From a virus (taxonomy: Duplodnaviria > Caudoviricetes): a stretch of DNA of 64,000 nt. The notes under the pieces were generated by a model. It worked only from the letters and a program-made list of their open reading frames with translations. It did no database searches and was not told the origin of the DNA. Below are positions 1 to 8,966 of this stretch, in pieces. The DNA lies in IMG/VR virus record IMGVR_UViG_3300005611_000001, one strand, 5' to 3'. How positions within the stretch are numbered: position 1 is the first letter of the stretch; every line of letters starts with the position of its first letter. Position numbers and translations under genes: made by a program.

Positions 1-1372
1 CTTCGTATACCTTCAGCGCATCGATGGTTGCGCCGGTATTTTGTACTGGGCCGATAATGTCTTTGGCGCGGTAATCGGAGGTGGTGTTATACCGAACTAG
101 CCCTCCGGTGCGATTGTAATCAATAGATCCGCGCTGAGTGCCGGAACCCCCCTCAGTATAAAAATCAACAAATAAATTATCGCCGCTTGTGGCTTGACTC
201 CATGATTGAAAAGTGGCGTTTGCAGCGTTTGTCACTGTTCCTTGAACTTGGCCGCCAGAAATTAACGCTCCTGCGGCAGTTATTGCCGTTTTCCCCACCA
301 ACAAGTTCCCACTCGCATCGAGCCGCATGGCTTCGTCGCCAGAGGCAGTGCCACCAATGTTAAATCTTATAAACCCGTTATCCGCTGCGTTTAATAGATT
401 TGAACCTGTAGAAAGTACAATGTCTCCCGTTTGGCCGTTGTGAGAATTGCCAGCGTTAATCAAAACACGTCCGCCTGACATGGCTTGGCTTCCGCTGGTG
501 CTGCTAGAGGCTTGAATTGTAATATTGCCTCTGTCGCCAGTGTTAAAAATATCAGCGGCTGCATCCGGCACACTAATCGTGTAATTAGATTGAGCCGCAG
601 TAAACTCTAAATCACCATCAGCAATTTTGACGTTGCCGCTGGAGTCGATGCGCATGGCTTCGGAGCCGTTGGTGTTAAAGATCATAGCGAGATAATCTGC
701 CCCGCCGTTGATGCTGTATTCAGTACTGGCCGAACCAAAGCGCAGAGTGCCTTGACTGTCGCCACCAGTTGACACAATAACGGGCGTTCCAGTGACCCCA
801 GTTTTCAAACGAGCGGAGCCAAGAACATCAAGGACATATGCAGGGCTACTCGTCCCAATCCCCACCGCATTTGCAGACGCATCGACAAACAACGTCCCGC
901 TATCAAAGTTAACGTCGCCGCTTGCGGTCAGCGTCGTAAAGCTCCCCGCCCCAGCACTCGACCCGCCGATGGTCACGCCGTCAATCGTGCCGCCGTTGAT
1001 GTCTACGGTCGTAACCGTGCCGCCGTTGGACACCGTAGCGCCGGAGAAAGACACCGTGCCGGAGGCGGTGAGGTCCGTGAAGGTGCCTGCTGCCGCAGAA
1101 GCCCCACCAATGATGGCCCCGTCAATCGTCCCGCCGTTGATGTCTACAGTGGTGACCGTGCCGAGGTCAGACCAAGTGCCGGTCAGGGCACCGCCGCCGG
1201 TAGCGTTAAGGGTGGTGAAGGTGCCTGCACCAGCGCTGGCCCCACCAATGGTCACGCCGTCAATCGTTCCGCCGTCAATATTTACAGCGTCTATAAGTAG
1301 AGTATCTCCACTTGGAAATTCTTTTATTTGTTGACTAGAAGAATCAACAATAAGAGGGTATCTGTTTGCCAT
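1..1372 (-). CDS. Tail fibre/spike, partial (runs off the window); start of a peptidase S74-type intramolecular chaperone at the edge
   Basis: Not in ORF track. Manual translation: MANRYPLIVDSSSQQIKEFPSGDTLLIDAVNIDGGTIDGVTIGG...AMRIDSSGNV...AMRLDASGNLLVG...RYNTTSDYRAKDIIGPV. ATG at 1372 overlaps the upstream TAA. Three (D/N)GGTIDG repeats; SDxRxK motif typical of S74 chaperones. Confidence 0.85.
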   Translation of the reverse strand, partial: MANRYPLIVDSSSQQIKEFPSGDTLLIDAVNIDGGTIDGVTIGGASAGAGTFTTLNATGGGALTGTWSDLGTVTTVDINGGTIDGAIIGGASAAAGTFTDLTASGTVSFSGATVSNGGTVTTVDINGGTIDGVTIGGSSAGAGSFTTLTASGDVNFDSGTLFVDASANAVGIGTSSPAYVLDVLGSARLKTGVTGTPVIVSTGGDSQGTLRFGSASTEYSINGGADYLAMIFNTNGSEAMRIDSSGNVKIADGDLEFTAAQSNYTISVPDAAADIFNTGDRGNITIQASSSTSGSQAMSGGRVLINAGNSHNGQTGDIVLSTGSNLLNAADNGFIRFNIGGTASGDEAMRLDASGNLLVGKTAITAAGALISGGQVQGTVTNAANATFQSWSQATSGDNLFVDFYTEGGSGTQRGSIDYNRTGGLVRYNTTSDYRAKDIIGPVQNTGATIDALKVYE

Positions 1373-1590
1373 TATGACACTCCTATAGAAATAGTTGCGC
1401 TATTTCTATCTATAACGTCTAAAAAACCGTTACTAATTGAAACGCTAGTATTTGCGGAGCGCCCAACGACAAGTAAAGAAGTTGGAACATTTGTAAGCGC
1501 AGAAGAAGCCACAACTCCAGAAGAGTTAATAACTTCTGTATCTCCTACAGTAAGTCCATTTTTGACTACAAAATTCTTATTAGTTGCCAT
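1372..1590 (-). CDS. Small virion/tail-fibre-associated protein
   Basis: 72 aa MATNKNFVVKNGL..., co-oriented and coupled within the fibre operon. Confidence 0.55.
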   Translation of the reverse strand: MATNKNFVVKNGLTVGDTEVINSSGVVASSALTNVPTSLLVVGRSANTSVSISNGFLDVIDRNSATISIGVS

Positions 1591-1609
1591 CGGATTTCAC
1601 TCTCCATCC

Positions 1610-3094
1610 TTATGCAGGAATAGCCGTTGCGACTACTCGTACTGTCATGCTTGTGGCACTTTCTGGAGTCATCTGAAGAAGAATATTTCCACCAGAAAGA
1701 GCTGCATCAAAAGTTCCAAGCACAGCGTTGTCAAAGATTGTACCATACTCAGTAATATATGCAGTTGTACCGTCGTGAATCAAATTAATTTCTGTTGCGT
1801 GATAGTCTGTTCCCTGCGTGCATTGAATTAAATACTTTACAGTGCGATAGGTCGAAGCAGAGTGTGTCGCAATTGTAGACTGACTTGTCGTAGCAAGAGT
1901 TGTAGAAGTTACACCTTGCGGAAGTACAGCAGTAGTGTCAAACTGATTCTCCGCATTGATTGCGCCTACACTCGGAGTCTGAATCTCAGTTGCTTTCGGA
2001 ATAATAACTTCAATCGAATCGTTTAAAGCGGGAGCAGTATTAAAACTAAGAGTTGTACCACTTACAGTATATTCAGATTTTTCCTGATAAACACCATCAA
2101 AGTAAACAAAGATATTATTTGCGTGAAGAGGGTCGACAGAAAGTGTAAAATCTGTTGTGCTGTCATCACCTGTAAAGTTATCGCGCTGAAGACTTGTACC
2201 TGTAATGACGGCACCCAGGCTATGTACTACGACTTCTGAACCGCTCGCAGGAGCAGCATCAAGAGTAAGAGTCGAGCCGCTGAGCGTAAAAGAGTTCTTA
2301 TTCTGATAGACACCTTCGATAAAGACAATAATATAGTCTTCAGAGGTGGGAGCGGTACTTAAAGTATAGTCAGTTTGGCTTGCGCTCGCCGTAAACAGAT
2401 CCGTTGTAAATTCAGTATAGGAGGTGTGTCCGTCAAAGGTAACAGTATCTGTAGTTGCATTCGTCGTAATTGTTACGCCGTTTTGCCCTACAAGAGTCAG
2501 CGTATCACTTGTGCTGTCTGCTTCTACTGTATCTTGGCCGCTAACAGCAATAAAACCAAAAGCGCTATCGCCGAGAGACGTATTCGTAAATGTAATCGTA
2601 TCGTTTGCAGCATCAGTAGTAATACTAAGACCCGTACCCGCTACAAGAGTAAGAGTATCATTTGACGCATCCGCTACAACACTCGATTGCCCTGACACAG
2701 CGATTGTTTGAAAAGCATCATCACCCGCCTTGCCCCAAGTAAGATTTCCGCTTCCATCCGTCTTGAGAGCTTCTCCCGCTGCACCGTCAGAGTCCGGAAG
2801 TACCCAAATTTGGTCTCCCGTAAGTGCAGGTGCACTAAACCCTACGTAATTACTTCCTTCGTAAAAACGCAGCTCTTCCCCAGTGCCCGTAAGAGAAAGA
2901 GTTCCGGTAATGCTCAGATCATCAATGTCTGAGATTGCCCGAAACTCCATAATGGTGGGAGTACCTGTTACCTCTTTCTTGAGAAAAAAGCGACCATCGT
3001 ATGTATTGATCGCAACTTCACCAAGCTCAAGTTGTGAGGTACTAGGCGCAGCGCCCTGCGTTGCAGAGCGCTTTAGTTTAATCGTCTGTGCCAT
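1610..3094 (-). CDS. Tail fibre/virion structural protein with repeated beta modules
   Basis: N-terminus MAQTIKLKRSATQGAAPSTSQLELGEVAINTYDG is a common fibre-attachment motif; duplicated IAVSGQ..V.AD..NDTLTLV and FT.....TD(Y/F)TLS..P modules. Confidence 0.7.
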   Translation of the reverse strand: MAQTIKLKRSATQGAAPSTSQLELGEVAINTYDGRFFLKKEVTGTPTIMEFRAISDIDDLSITGTLSLTGTGEELRFYEGSNYVGFSAPALTGDQIWVLPDSDGAAGEALKTDGSGNLTWGKAGDDAFQTIAVSGQSSVVADASNDTLTLVAGTGLSITTDAANDTITFTNTSLGDSAFGFIAVSGQDTVEADSTSDTLTLVGQNGVTITTNATTDTVTFDGHTSYTEFTTDLFTASASQTDYTLSTAPTSEDYIIVFIEGVYQNKNSFTLSGSTLTLDAAPASGSEVVVHSLGAVITGTSLQRDNFTGDDSTTDFTLSVDPLHANNIFVYFDGVYQEKSEYTVSGTTLSFNTAPALNDSIEVIIPKATEIQTPSVGAINAENQFDTTAVLPQGVTSTTLATTSQSTIATHSASTYRTVKYLIQCTQGTDYHATEINLIHDGTTAYITEYGTIFDNAVLGTFDAALSGGNILLQMTPESATSMTVRVVATAIPA

Positions 3095-3135
3095 CTGGCT
3101 CTCCTAGAATTGCGTATATACGCTGGAGAATTTTA

Positions 3136-5106
3136 TTAGAACGTGCCGCCGTCCAGAGTGTCCGCCCAAAGAGCGTTGCCGGAAGTATCCATGCTCAGTA
3201 AATATGTATTTGCTGTAGCACTGCCGGAGGTAGGAGCAACGTGACGAGAATAGCCACCATTTGTTGCCACACCAAGAAGAATGTCACCCTTTGCGGTTGC
3301 AGAAATTCCTTTAATACGAAGCTGATCAGAGTTAACTTCAATAGTAATGTTGTCATCATTTACGTCGAGACGATTACCCGTCTTGGAGAGTGCATCCCCA
3401 GCATCAATCTGACCTGCGCCAGAGAACTGAGTGAATGTAAGACCCGTTGTACCAAGAGTAATCGGACCATCCGTAGTAAGAACGTAACCATTGTCGCCGC
3501 CGTCAGTACCTTCTTCGACAAAGACGAACATTCCAGGAGTAACTTCTTCCGAAATGTTTGCATCATCTGCACGAGTAAGTACCCAGTTAGAAGCACCATC
3601 ACCAACTGTCGTAACAGTATAGACACCATTTTGCTCAGGAGCACTAGACTGATTCTTGACAAGAACGCGGTCACCCTGAGAAAGAGATACGCTGTCAACT
3701 GCAAAAGCCGCTTGAGTACCAGAGTTGGTAAGAGTACCAGCACCGTTATTGTAGTTTGCCGTAAGCTCCGTAGTAGTAGCGGCACGAGCGGAATCTTTAA
3801 TATCAAGAGCTTGCTTAACTGCATCGACGTAGGCTTTCGGAACAAGAGTGTTTGCATCAAAGTTTGCACGATTACGATAACCTGCGGGAACCTTGACAAC
3901 ACCTGTGCCATTCGGGCTAAGAAGAAGATCGCCATTTGCATCGGTTGTAGAAATCGTGTTACCATCAACGTCGATGTTATCAATGTTTGCCGAGCCGCTA
4001 ACAACGAGATTACCTGTACCAGAGTCAAACGTAAAGTTAGCACTGTCGACAAGCTCACCATCGGCTGCTGCAAACGTTACACGCCCCGAGGTAAGGTCTT
4101 CGACATTAAGAGACGCAACTTCAACTTGACCTGCAAAGTCACCAGTACCGCCCACAACGAGAGCATTACTAATATTAACCTCTGTGGAGGCATTAATATC
4201 AACAGTCGGAGCAGTAATTTCAAGCTCAACGTCTGCGTCAATATCAAGCTGACCATCCGCGCTAGAAGCAATCGACAGACCAGCATCACGAAACTGCATA
4301 CCCATCGTAGTATTAAAGCGAAGAGCAGCATCTGCAACGTGTGTAAGAGTTACGTCACCGTCAGCACCAAAGGCAAGAACTTGGGCATCCGTATTGAATT
4401 CAACTGTCGGAGCAGTAATTTCAAGCTCAACGTCCGCAATAATGTCAAGCTGGCCATCCGTACTGGAATTGATTGCAAGAGCTGCATCACGAAACTGGAA
4501 AGCGCTCGCACCATTCAGAAGTAGGCCGGTATCCGCAACATGAGTAAGGCTTACATCAGAGTCAGCACCAAAGTTGAGAACAGCGGCATCCGAAATAAGA
4601 GATACATCATTTGCAAAAGTAGCATTTTGACCGACAACAACGGCTTCGGAACCATTTGTAGTAACAAATTTAAGATAAGAATTTGCGTTTTCAGTAAATT
4701 CAACTGCCGCAGCCTGATTATCGGGAAGACTAAATTCGTTAGCCTGACCACTAATGTCAATAGTTCCGCCATGAGTAATTACAAGATTACTTGTAGGAGC
4801 AATTGTCAGGTTTCCAGAGCTTGTAGCAATCGTATCTGTGGAACCAGTAATCGAAATGTTACCAGTAAGAAGCTGATCGATTTTACTATTTGCATCAACA
4901 ATAACTGCGCTAGAAGCCGTAAGCGTTCCAGCGGTATGGTCGAGCATATCCGTATAAAGTTCACCAGCAATGTCAATTACAGCACCGTCATTGGGGCGAC
5001 CGATAAACAGCTTTCTGCTATCTTCCGAGTACGCTAACTCACCGGCAGAAAGAGTTGTCGGTGTTGCAGTCGTCGTACTGCGTTTAATTTTAATAATTTG
5101 AGCCAT
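3136..5106 (-). CDS. Tail fibre-like protein
   Basis: N-terminus MAQIIKIKRSTTTATPTTLSAGELAYSED; internal duplication FGAD.DV.LTHVAD...QFRDA...DGQLDI.ADVELEITAPTV; ends DGGTF. Confidence 0.7.
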   Translation of the reverse strand: MAQIIKIKRSTTTATPTTLSAGELAYSEDSRKLFIGRPNDGAVIDIAGELYTDMLDHTAGTLTASSAVIVDANSKIDQLLTGNISITGSTDTIATSSGNLTIAPTSNLVITHGGTIDISGQANEFSLPDNQAAAVEFTENANSYLKFVTTNGSEAVVVGQNATFANDVSLISDAAVLNFGADSDVSLTHVADTGLLLNGASAFQFRDAALAINSSTDGQLDIIADVELEITAPTVEFNTDAQVLAFGADGDVTLTHVADAALRFNTTMGMQFRDAGLSIASSADGQLDIDADVELEITAPTVDINASTEVNISNALVVGGTGDFAGQVEVASLNVEDLTSGRVTFAAADGELVDSANFTFDSGTGNLVVSGSANIDNIDVDGNTISTTDANGDLLLSPNGTGVVKVPAGYRNRANFDANTLVPKAYVDAVKQALDIKDSARAATTTELTANYNNGAGTLTNSGTQAAFAVDSVSLSQGDRVLVKNQSSAPEQNGVYTVTTVGDGASNWVLTRADDANISEEVTPGMFVFVEEGTDGGDNGYVLTTDGPITLGTTGLTFTQFSGAGQIDAGDALSKTGNRLDVNDDNITIEVNSDQLRIKGISATAKGDILLGVATNGGYSRHVAPTSGSATANTYLLSMDTSGNALWADTLDGGTF

Positions 5107-5125
5107 TTAAAAAACTCCGGTAGCC

Positions 5126-5491
5126 TCAAAAGGCACCTGCGTCTAGCGTGTCAGAATCCGGTGAAATGTTACCTATCATTATAGGCACCCACTCAAAAAC
5201 ACCAGCGCTAGTTTCGCGATATACTTTTAATTGATTATCATCAGTATCGTACCAGGTGTCTCCCTCTTCAATATTGCTACCTGTAGGAGTAGTGGTACCT
5301 CTAAAGTCTTGATCAGCGAGCTGTTGTAGCGCTCCCTGCACATTTGTTGCGGTGATAGTATTGTAAGGAGTAACCGTGACAAAATCCGCTGTAAGGGTAG
5401 GAAAAGCTGCACTTACCTCTACAACGGTAACATCAGTTTCAATGGTTACGTCGGTAACATTATTTGTGATCTCTAAAGTTAGTGTGCTCAT
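5126..5491 (-). CDS. Hypothetical tail-associated protein
   Basis: 121 aa, Thr/Asp-rich, ends DAGAF; within the fibre operon. Confidence 0.5.
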   Translation of the reverse strand: MSTLTLEITNNVTDVTIETDVTVVEVSAAFPTLTADFVTVTPYNTITATNVQGALQQLADQDFRGTTTPTGSNIEEGDTWYDTDDNQLKVYRETSAGVFEWVPIMIGNISPDSDTLDAGAF

Positions 5492-5826
5492 CGTGTCACT
5501 TCAGGGGTTACAGTAACCTCTCCTTGAAGAAGTCGACTTACAATTACTTCTCCACTAGTGTAGACTTCTAAGTCATAATAATATCGGCCTTCAGTGATTG
5601 CGGCGGATTGAGCAGGAGTTAGCTCCATCAAAATTACTCCTGTTGAAGGAGTAGCAATGGTACAGCTAAAGGTAGCCGTAAGCGTTGTGGAGGTTCTGGT
5701 AGGGCGCATCTGAGCCCGAGCACTATAACCCGTAAGATCCTTGACTGCCCCGTCTTCTTTCACAGTAATCTTCTGTGAGAAAGTAGAGCCTTGGTCAATG
5801 ATGATGTTATAAACTCCTGCCGCCAT
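5488..5826 (-). CDS. Fibre-adaptor/baseplate-upper-like beta-sandwich protein
   Basis: YNIIIDQGSTF...DLTGYSARAQMR...YYYDLEV...RLLQGEVTVTPEVTR pattern typical of phage fibre-attachment proteins. Confidence 0.6.
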   Translation of the reverse strand: MAAGVYNIIIDQGSTFSQKITVKEDGAVKDLTGYSARAQMRPTRTSTTLTATFSCTIATPSTGVILMELTPAQSAAITEGRYYYDLEVYTSGEVIVSRLLQGEVTVTPEVTR

Positions 5827-5849
5827 GAATATATTCTCCCAATTGTGGA

Positions 5850-5878
5850 ATTATAGCAACCTAAGGATGAGGTGTCAA
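5850..5878 (-). promoter_or_regulatory. sigma70-type promoter for the fibre operon
   Basis: TTGACA-17 nt-TATAAT on the minus strand upstream of ORF 5488..5826. Confidence 0.8.
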
Positions 5879-5891
5879 GTTGTAAATTTTC

Positions 5892-7040
5892 TTAGGTTTT
5901 AATATTCGGATAATACCGCTCTAAGCAAGACAAGTCAGAAAAATCATTATACCACCCTTTATTATTCGTTACCACATTCATTATATCAACAAAGACTTTT
6001 TCATACATGGCAGCGACTCGTTCCATACTGAAATTTTTCTCTGCCCATTCTCTACAAAACTTAGGGTCAATTTTATCTATATTTTTTACAGCTTCTACAA
6101 AATCCCCAAAAGTACGACAACGATAGCCAGTCAGTCCATGTAAATTATTTTCTACAAAAGCGCCCCAATCAGTAGTAATGGTGGGAGTCCCCGACAGTAA
6201 ATATTCAATTTGTACTCCACCGAAAGGTTCGTGATAAATAGAGGGCACAAACCCCGCTTTTGCGTTTGCCATGAGTCTCTTTCGAGTTTCAACATCAGCG
6301 TACCCTAATTCTTCAACATGGTCTGGAACAGAAGTATAGCCAAGATGGCTCATTTTTTCTACGATCCCACCTTGCCCAGCTACTTTTAATTTAACTCCTG
6401 CAGCTTCTGCCGCTTGAATTGCAATATGTACGCCTTTTCCTTCATAAACTCTACCTAGAAAGAGAAAATAGTCTTCTTTCTCTTCTTTAAATTCAAAATC
6501 TCCTAAATCGAAGTAATTTGGAACAACTACACTATACCAATCTGTTTGGCAACGTGAAGATGCTTCAATAGGAGAAACATTGTGCATAAGTGCATAAGAT
6601 TCAAAAATCTTAAATCTTGCAAAACTACCAGAACTATATCCAATGCCTGGTTCTACAGCAGTAAGATCTGGAAAAGCATCGCAAACTACCTTATGCCCCG
6701 CACCCCAGAAAGCAAGTACAAAATCATAGGGCTCCTTTCTTTTTCCTATCTCTCTTATTGAGTTAATATAAAAAGCTCTATAAGCAGCGTCTGATGTATC
6801 AAACTTAAAAAAGTCTTTTCGCCAATCATAGCTGCCGTAGGCCTCTTGTAAATCTTGGTTAGTAGTAACAGTAATATGTTCAGTACACTCTACTTCTGAA
6901 TCTTCATGCCCGTAATGAAAAATAGTATGTCCTCTATCCTTCATCATCTTACAAAATTTTAGTACTTTTTGTGTATAAGCACAAGCTACATAATCTTTGT
7001 TCGTCACAGTGTGAGGAACGCCTAAACAGTGAAATCTCAT
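5892..7040 (-). CDS. GT-B (family 4-like) glycosyltransferase
   Basis: FLFLGRVYEGKGVHIAI, EPFGGVQIEYLLSGTPTITTDWGA (E-x7-E motif). Confidence 0.85.
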   Translation of the reverse strand: MRFHCLGVPHTVTNKDYVACAYTQKVLKFCKMMKDRGHTIFHYGHEDSEVECTEHITVTTNQDLQEAYGSYDWRKDFFKFDTSDAAYRAFYINSIREIGKRKEPYDFVLAFWGAGHKVVCDAFPDLTAVEPGIGYSSGSFARFKIFESYALMHNVSPIEASSRCQTDWYSVVVPNYFDLGDFEFKEEKEDYFLFLGRVYEGKGVHIAIQAAEAAGVKLKVAGQGGIVEKMSHLGYTSVPDHVEELGYADVETRKRLMANAKAGFVPSIYHEPFGGVQIEYLLSGTPTITTDWGAFVENNLHGLTGYRCRTFGDFVEAVKNIDKIDPKFCREWAEKNFSMERVAAMYEKVFVDIMNVVTNNKGWYNDFSDLSCLERYYPNIKT

Positions 7041-7050
7041 AAATAAATCC

Positions 7051-7578
7051 TTAGTTATTAAAAGTTATAGTTATAATTGAATAATATCGGTCTTGATTAT
7101 TTGGATCTTGGTGCGGATCACTAATATTTCTTATCATATTTTCAGGGACAGCGTTATTTAAGTGATAGTTATATTCACTGCCCCCGTAAACAACTGGCAT
7201 TTTATAGCCTTTTACTTTAAAATGATCCCTTATAAACTCTGGGTCTTTATTCCCATATACCCAACCTTTAGAGCCATTTATATCGGGGCCTATAAGATCA
7301 TAAGCCCATACAATGTAGCCAGAATCTTCATCATCAAGTACTCCTGCAACTATTCTTACAAGTTTTCCGTCTTTTCTTACAATAAAGACTCTGCCATTTT
7401 CTATCTGAGCAAAAAGGTGAAACTTCTCTTTTAGAAAATTAAGTTTTTCTTCTTCTGTCTGTAAATCTCTATTCTCAAAATGATAATTTCCCGCATCTAA
7501 ATGAGGAAGAGAAGAATAAAAAACTTCGTCGAATCCTTCTACAGAATATACATCAAAAATCTCTTCAAAGTCTATCAT
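7051..7578 (-). CDS. Hypothetical protein
   Basis: 175 aa AT-rich ORF in operon context. Confidence 0.5.
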   Translation of the reverse strand: MIDFEEIFDVYSVEGFDEVFYSSLPHLDAGNYHFENRDLQTEEEKLNFLKEKFHLFAQIENGRVFIVRKDGKLVRIVAGVLDDEDSGYIVWAYDLIGPDINGSKGWVYGNKDPEFIRDHFKVKGYKMPVVYGGSEYNYHLNNAVPENMIRNISDPHQDPNNQDRYYSIITITFNN

Positions 7579-7581
7579 TAT

Positions 7582-8040
7582 TTAATTTCCCGCTAAAATT
7601 ACAAAAAATCTGTACCATGCAGAGCTACTAGATTTATGGAATAAGTTAATATCTGTTGCAGTTACATGAAAAGTAAATCCAAACTCATCATTAAACTGAC
7701 TAGATACAGTACTATTATGATACCCATAAATACTAAGCATACCTCCTGTTACTTCCTTAAAACCATAAACTAAGGGAGGATACGAGAGGGTGGTGCCAAA
7801 GCTAATTTGATTAGCTGTATTACTATATGTGCCGGTAGCGGAATTGAAAGTTGCAGCAGAGGCTTGCCTTCTATAATATCTCCATAAAGGTAAATGACCA
7901 ATAGGATTTATTGAATCAAAAGTGAGATTATCAAAAGAGGCTAGAGTTCCATTACTGTTTACTGCATCTAGGCCGGGCTTAGACACCCTAAGCCCATAGT
8001 TGCCGTTTCCTAAATTTCCTAAGACTACGCGATTCGCCAT
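7582..8040 (-). CDS. Tail-tip-associated protein, paralogue 3
   Basis: Starts MANRVVLGN..YGLRVSKPG.D; shares its N-terminus with two neighbours. Confidence 0.6.
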   Translation of the reverse strand: MANRVVLGNLGNGNYGLRVSKPGLDAVNSNGTLASFDNLTFDSINPIGHLPLWRYYRRQASAATFNSATGTYSNTANQISFGTTLSYPPLVYGFKEVTGGMLSIYGYHNSTVSSQFNDEFGFTFHVTATDINLFHKSSSSAWYRFFVILAGN

Positions 8041-8451
8041 TTAAGCCACCTCTCCTGTCGTAATAAAATAACCAATTGTAGGACTTGCACTCCCATATTT
8101 ATAAAATTGTACAGAACAATTATTCGTGGAAGGAAAACTGTAATTTACTACAACATTCAGGTTAAGACTTGATCCTGGAAAATAAGCGGGAGTTCCAAAG
8201 GTTACTATAGAATACCATATAACATAAGGTTTCACATTATTTACACAAGGTACTGTAACGGTATGAGTTGAGCCTGCTGTTGTTGGAAATGTATGGGTAC
8301 CTTGGGCAAGAATTTGAGCATACTTGTAATCTGAGGAAGAAGTACTAAAAAGTAAGTCTTGAACATTTGCTGTAGTTACATCTTTTCCTGGTTTAGAAAT
8401 CCATAAACCATATTCTGTGCCCTTTTTTCCTAATAATACTCGATTTGCCAT
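8041..8451 (-). CDS. Tail-tip-associated protein, paralogue 2
   Basis: Likely start MANRVLLGKKGTEYGLWISKPGKDV at 8451. Confidence 0.6.
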   Translation of the reverse strand: MANRVLLGKKGTEYGLWISKPGKDVTTANVQDLLFSTSSSDYKYAQILAQGTHTFPTTAGSTHTVTVPCVNNVKPYVIWYSIVTFGTPAYFPGSSLNLNVVVNYSFPSTNNCSVQFYKYGSASPTIGYFITTGEVA

Positions 8452-8452
8452 A

Positions 8453-8962
8453 TTAACTAGACGTTGCGCCTCCCAGTGCATAGACTATATAGTCAAATGT
8501 ATATGTAGAATTACTAACAATCAGATTCGGAGTAGCAATGGAGCTTCGGCCTTGACTTCCAAGAGCGTGTACTCTAAACCTACTTGCCTGAACTTCTACA
8601 TAGGTCTGAATAGTAGTTAAGCTGTAGCCATTTTTATTTGAATCAATACCTGCCGTAAAGTGAACCTCTGGGGAAGGATACAGTGTGTTGCTACCCACTT
8701 GACGAGTAATAGTGACAAGAGGGTAGTAAGACAAAGTAACTCCAAAATTTACCCAAGCACTGCTGCCTAGAGGGTTCGGAGGAGAGCTTGTAGAGCCTGT
8801 AGTTAGGTCTACTGTGCCAGTTTTTATGATAAAGGAAGACTCTGGCTTAGTAGAATCAAATACCAAATCATCGTCTCCCGCAGTCAGTACGTTTACTCCA
8901 GATTTTGAAACCTTGAGAACGTAATCGCTCCCATCTTGCCCTAATAATACTCGATTTGCCAT
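8453..8962 (-). CDS. Tail-tip-associated protein, paralogue 1
   Basis: Starts MANRVLLGQDGSDYVLKVSKSGVNV, directly downstream of J. Confidence 0.6.
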   Translation of the reverse strand: MANRVLLGQDGSDYVLKVSKSGVNVLTAGDDDLVFDSTKPESSFIIKTGTVDLTTGSTSSPPNPLGSSAWVNFGVTLSYYPLVTITRQVGSNTLYPSPEVHFTAGIDSNKNGYSLTTIQTYVEVQASRFRVHALGSQGRSSIATPNLIVSNSTYTFDYIVYALGGATSS

Positions 8963-8966
8963 AATA

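Noticed and set aside
792-5037. Plus-strand ORFs (e.g. 792..1334, 3241..4524, 4540..5037)
   Set aside because: Antisense shadows of Thr/Ala/Gly-rich minus-strand fibre genes; no RBS or motif support.
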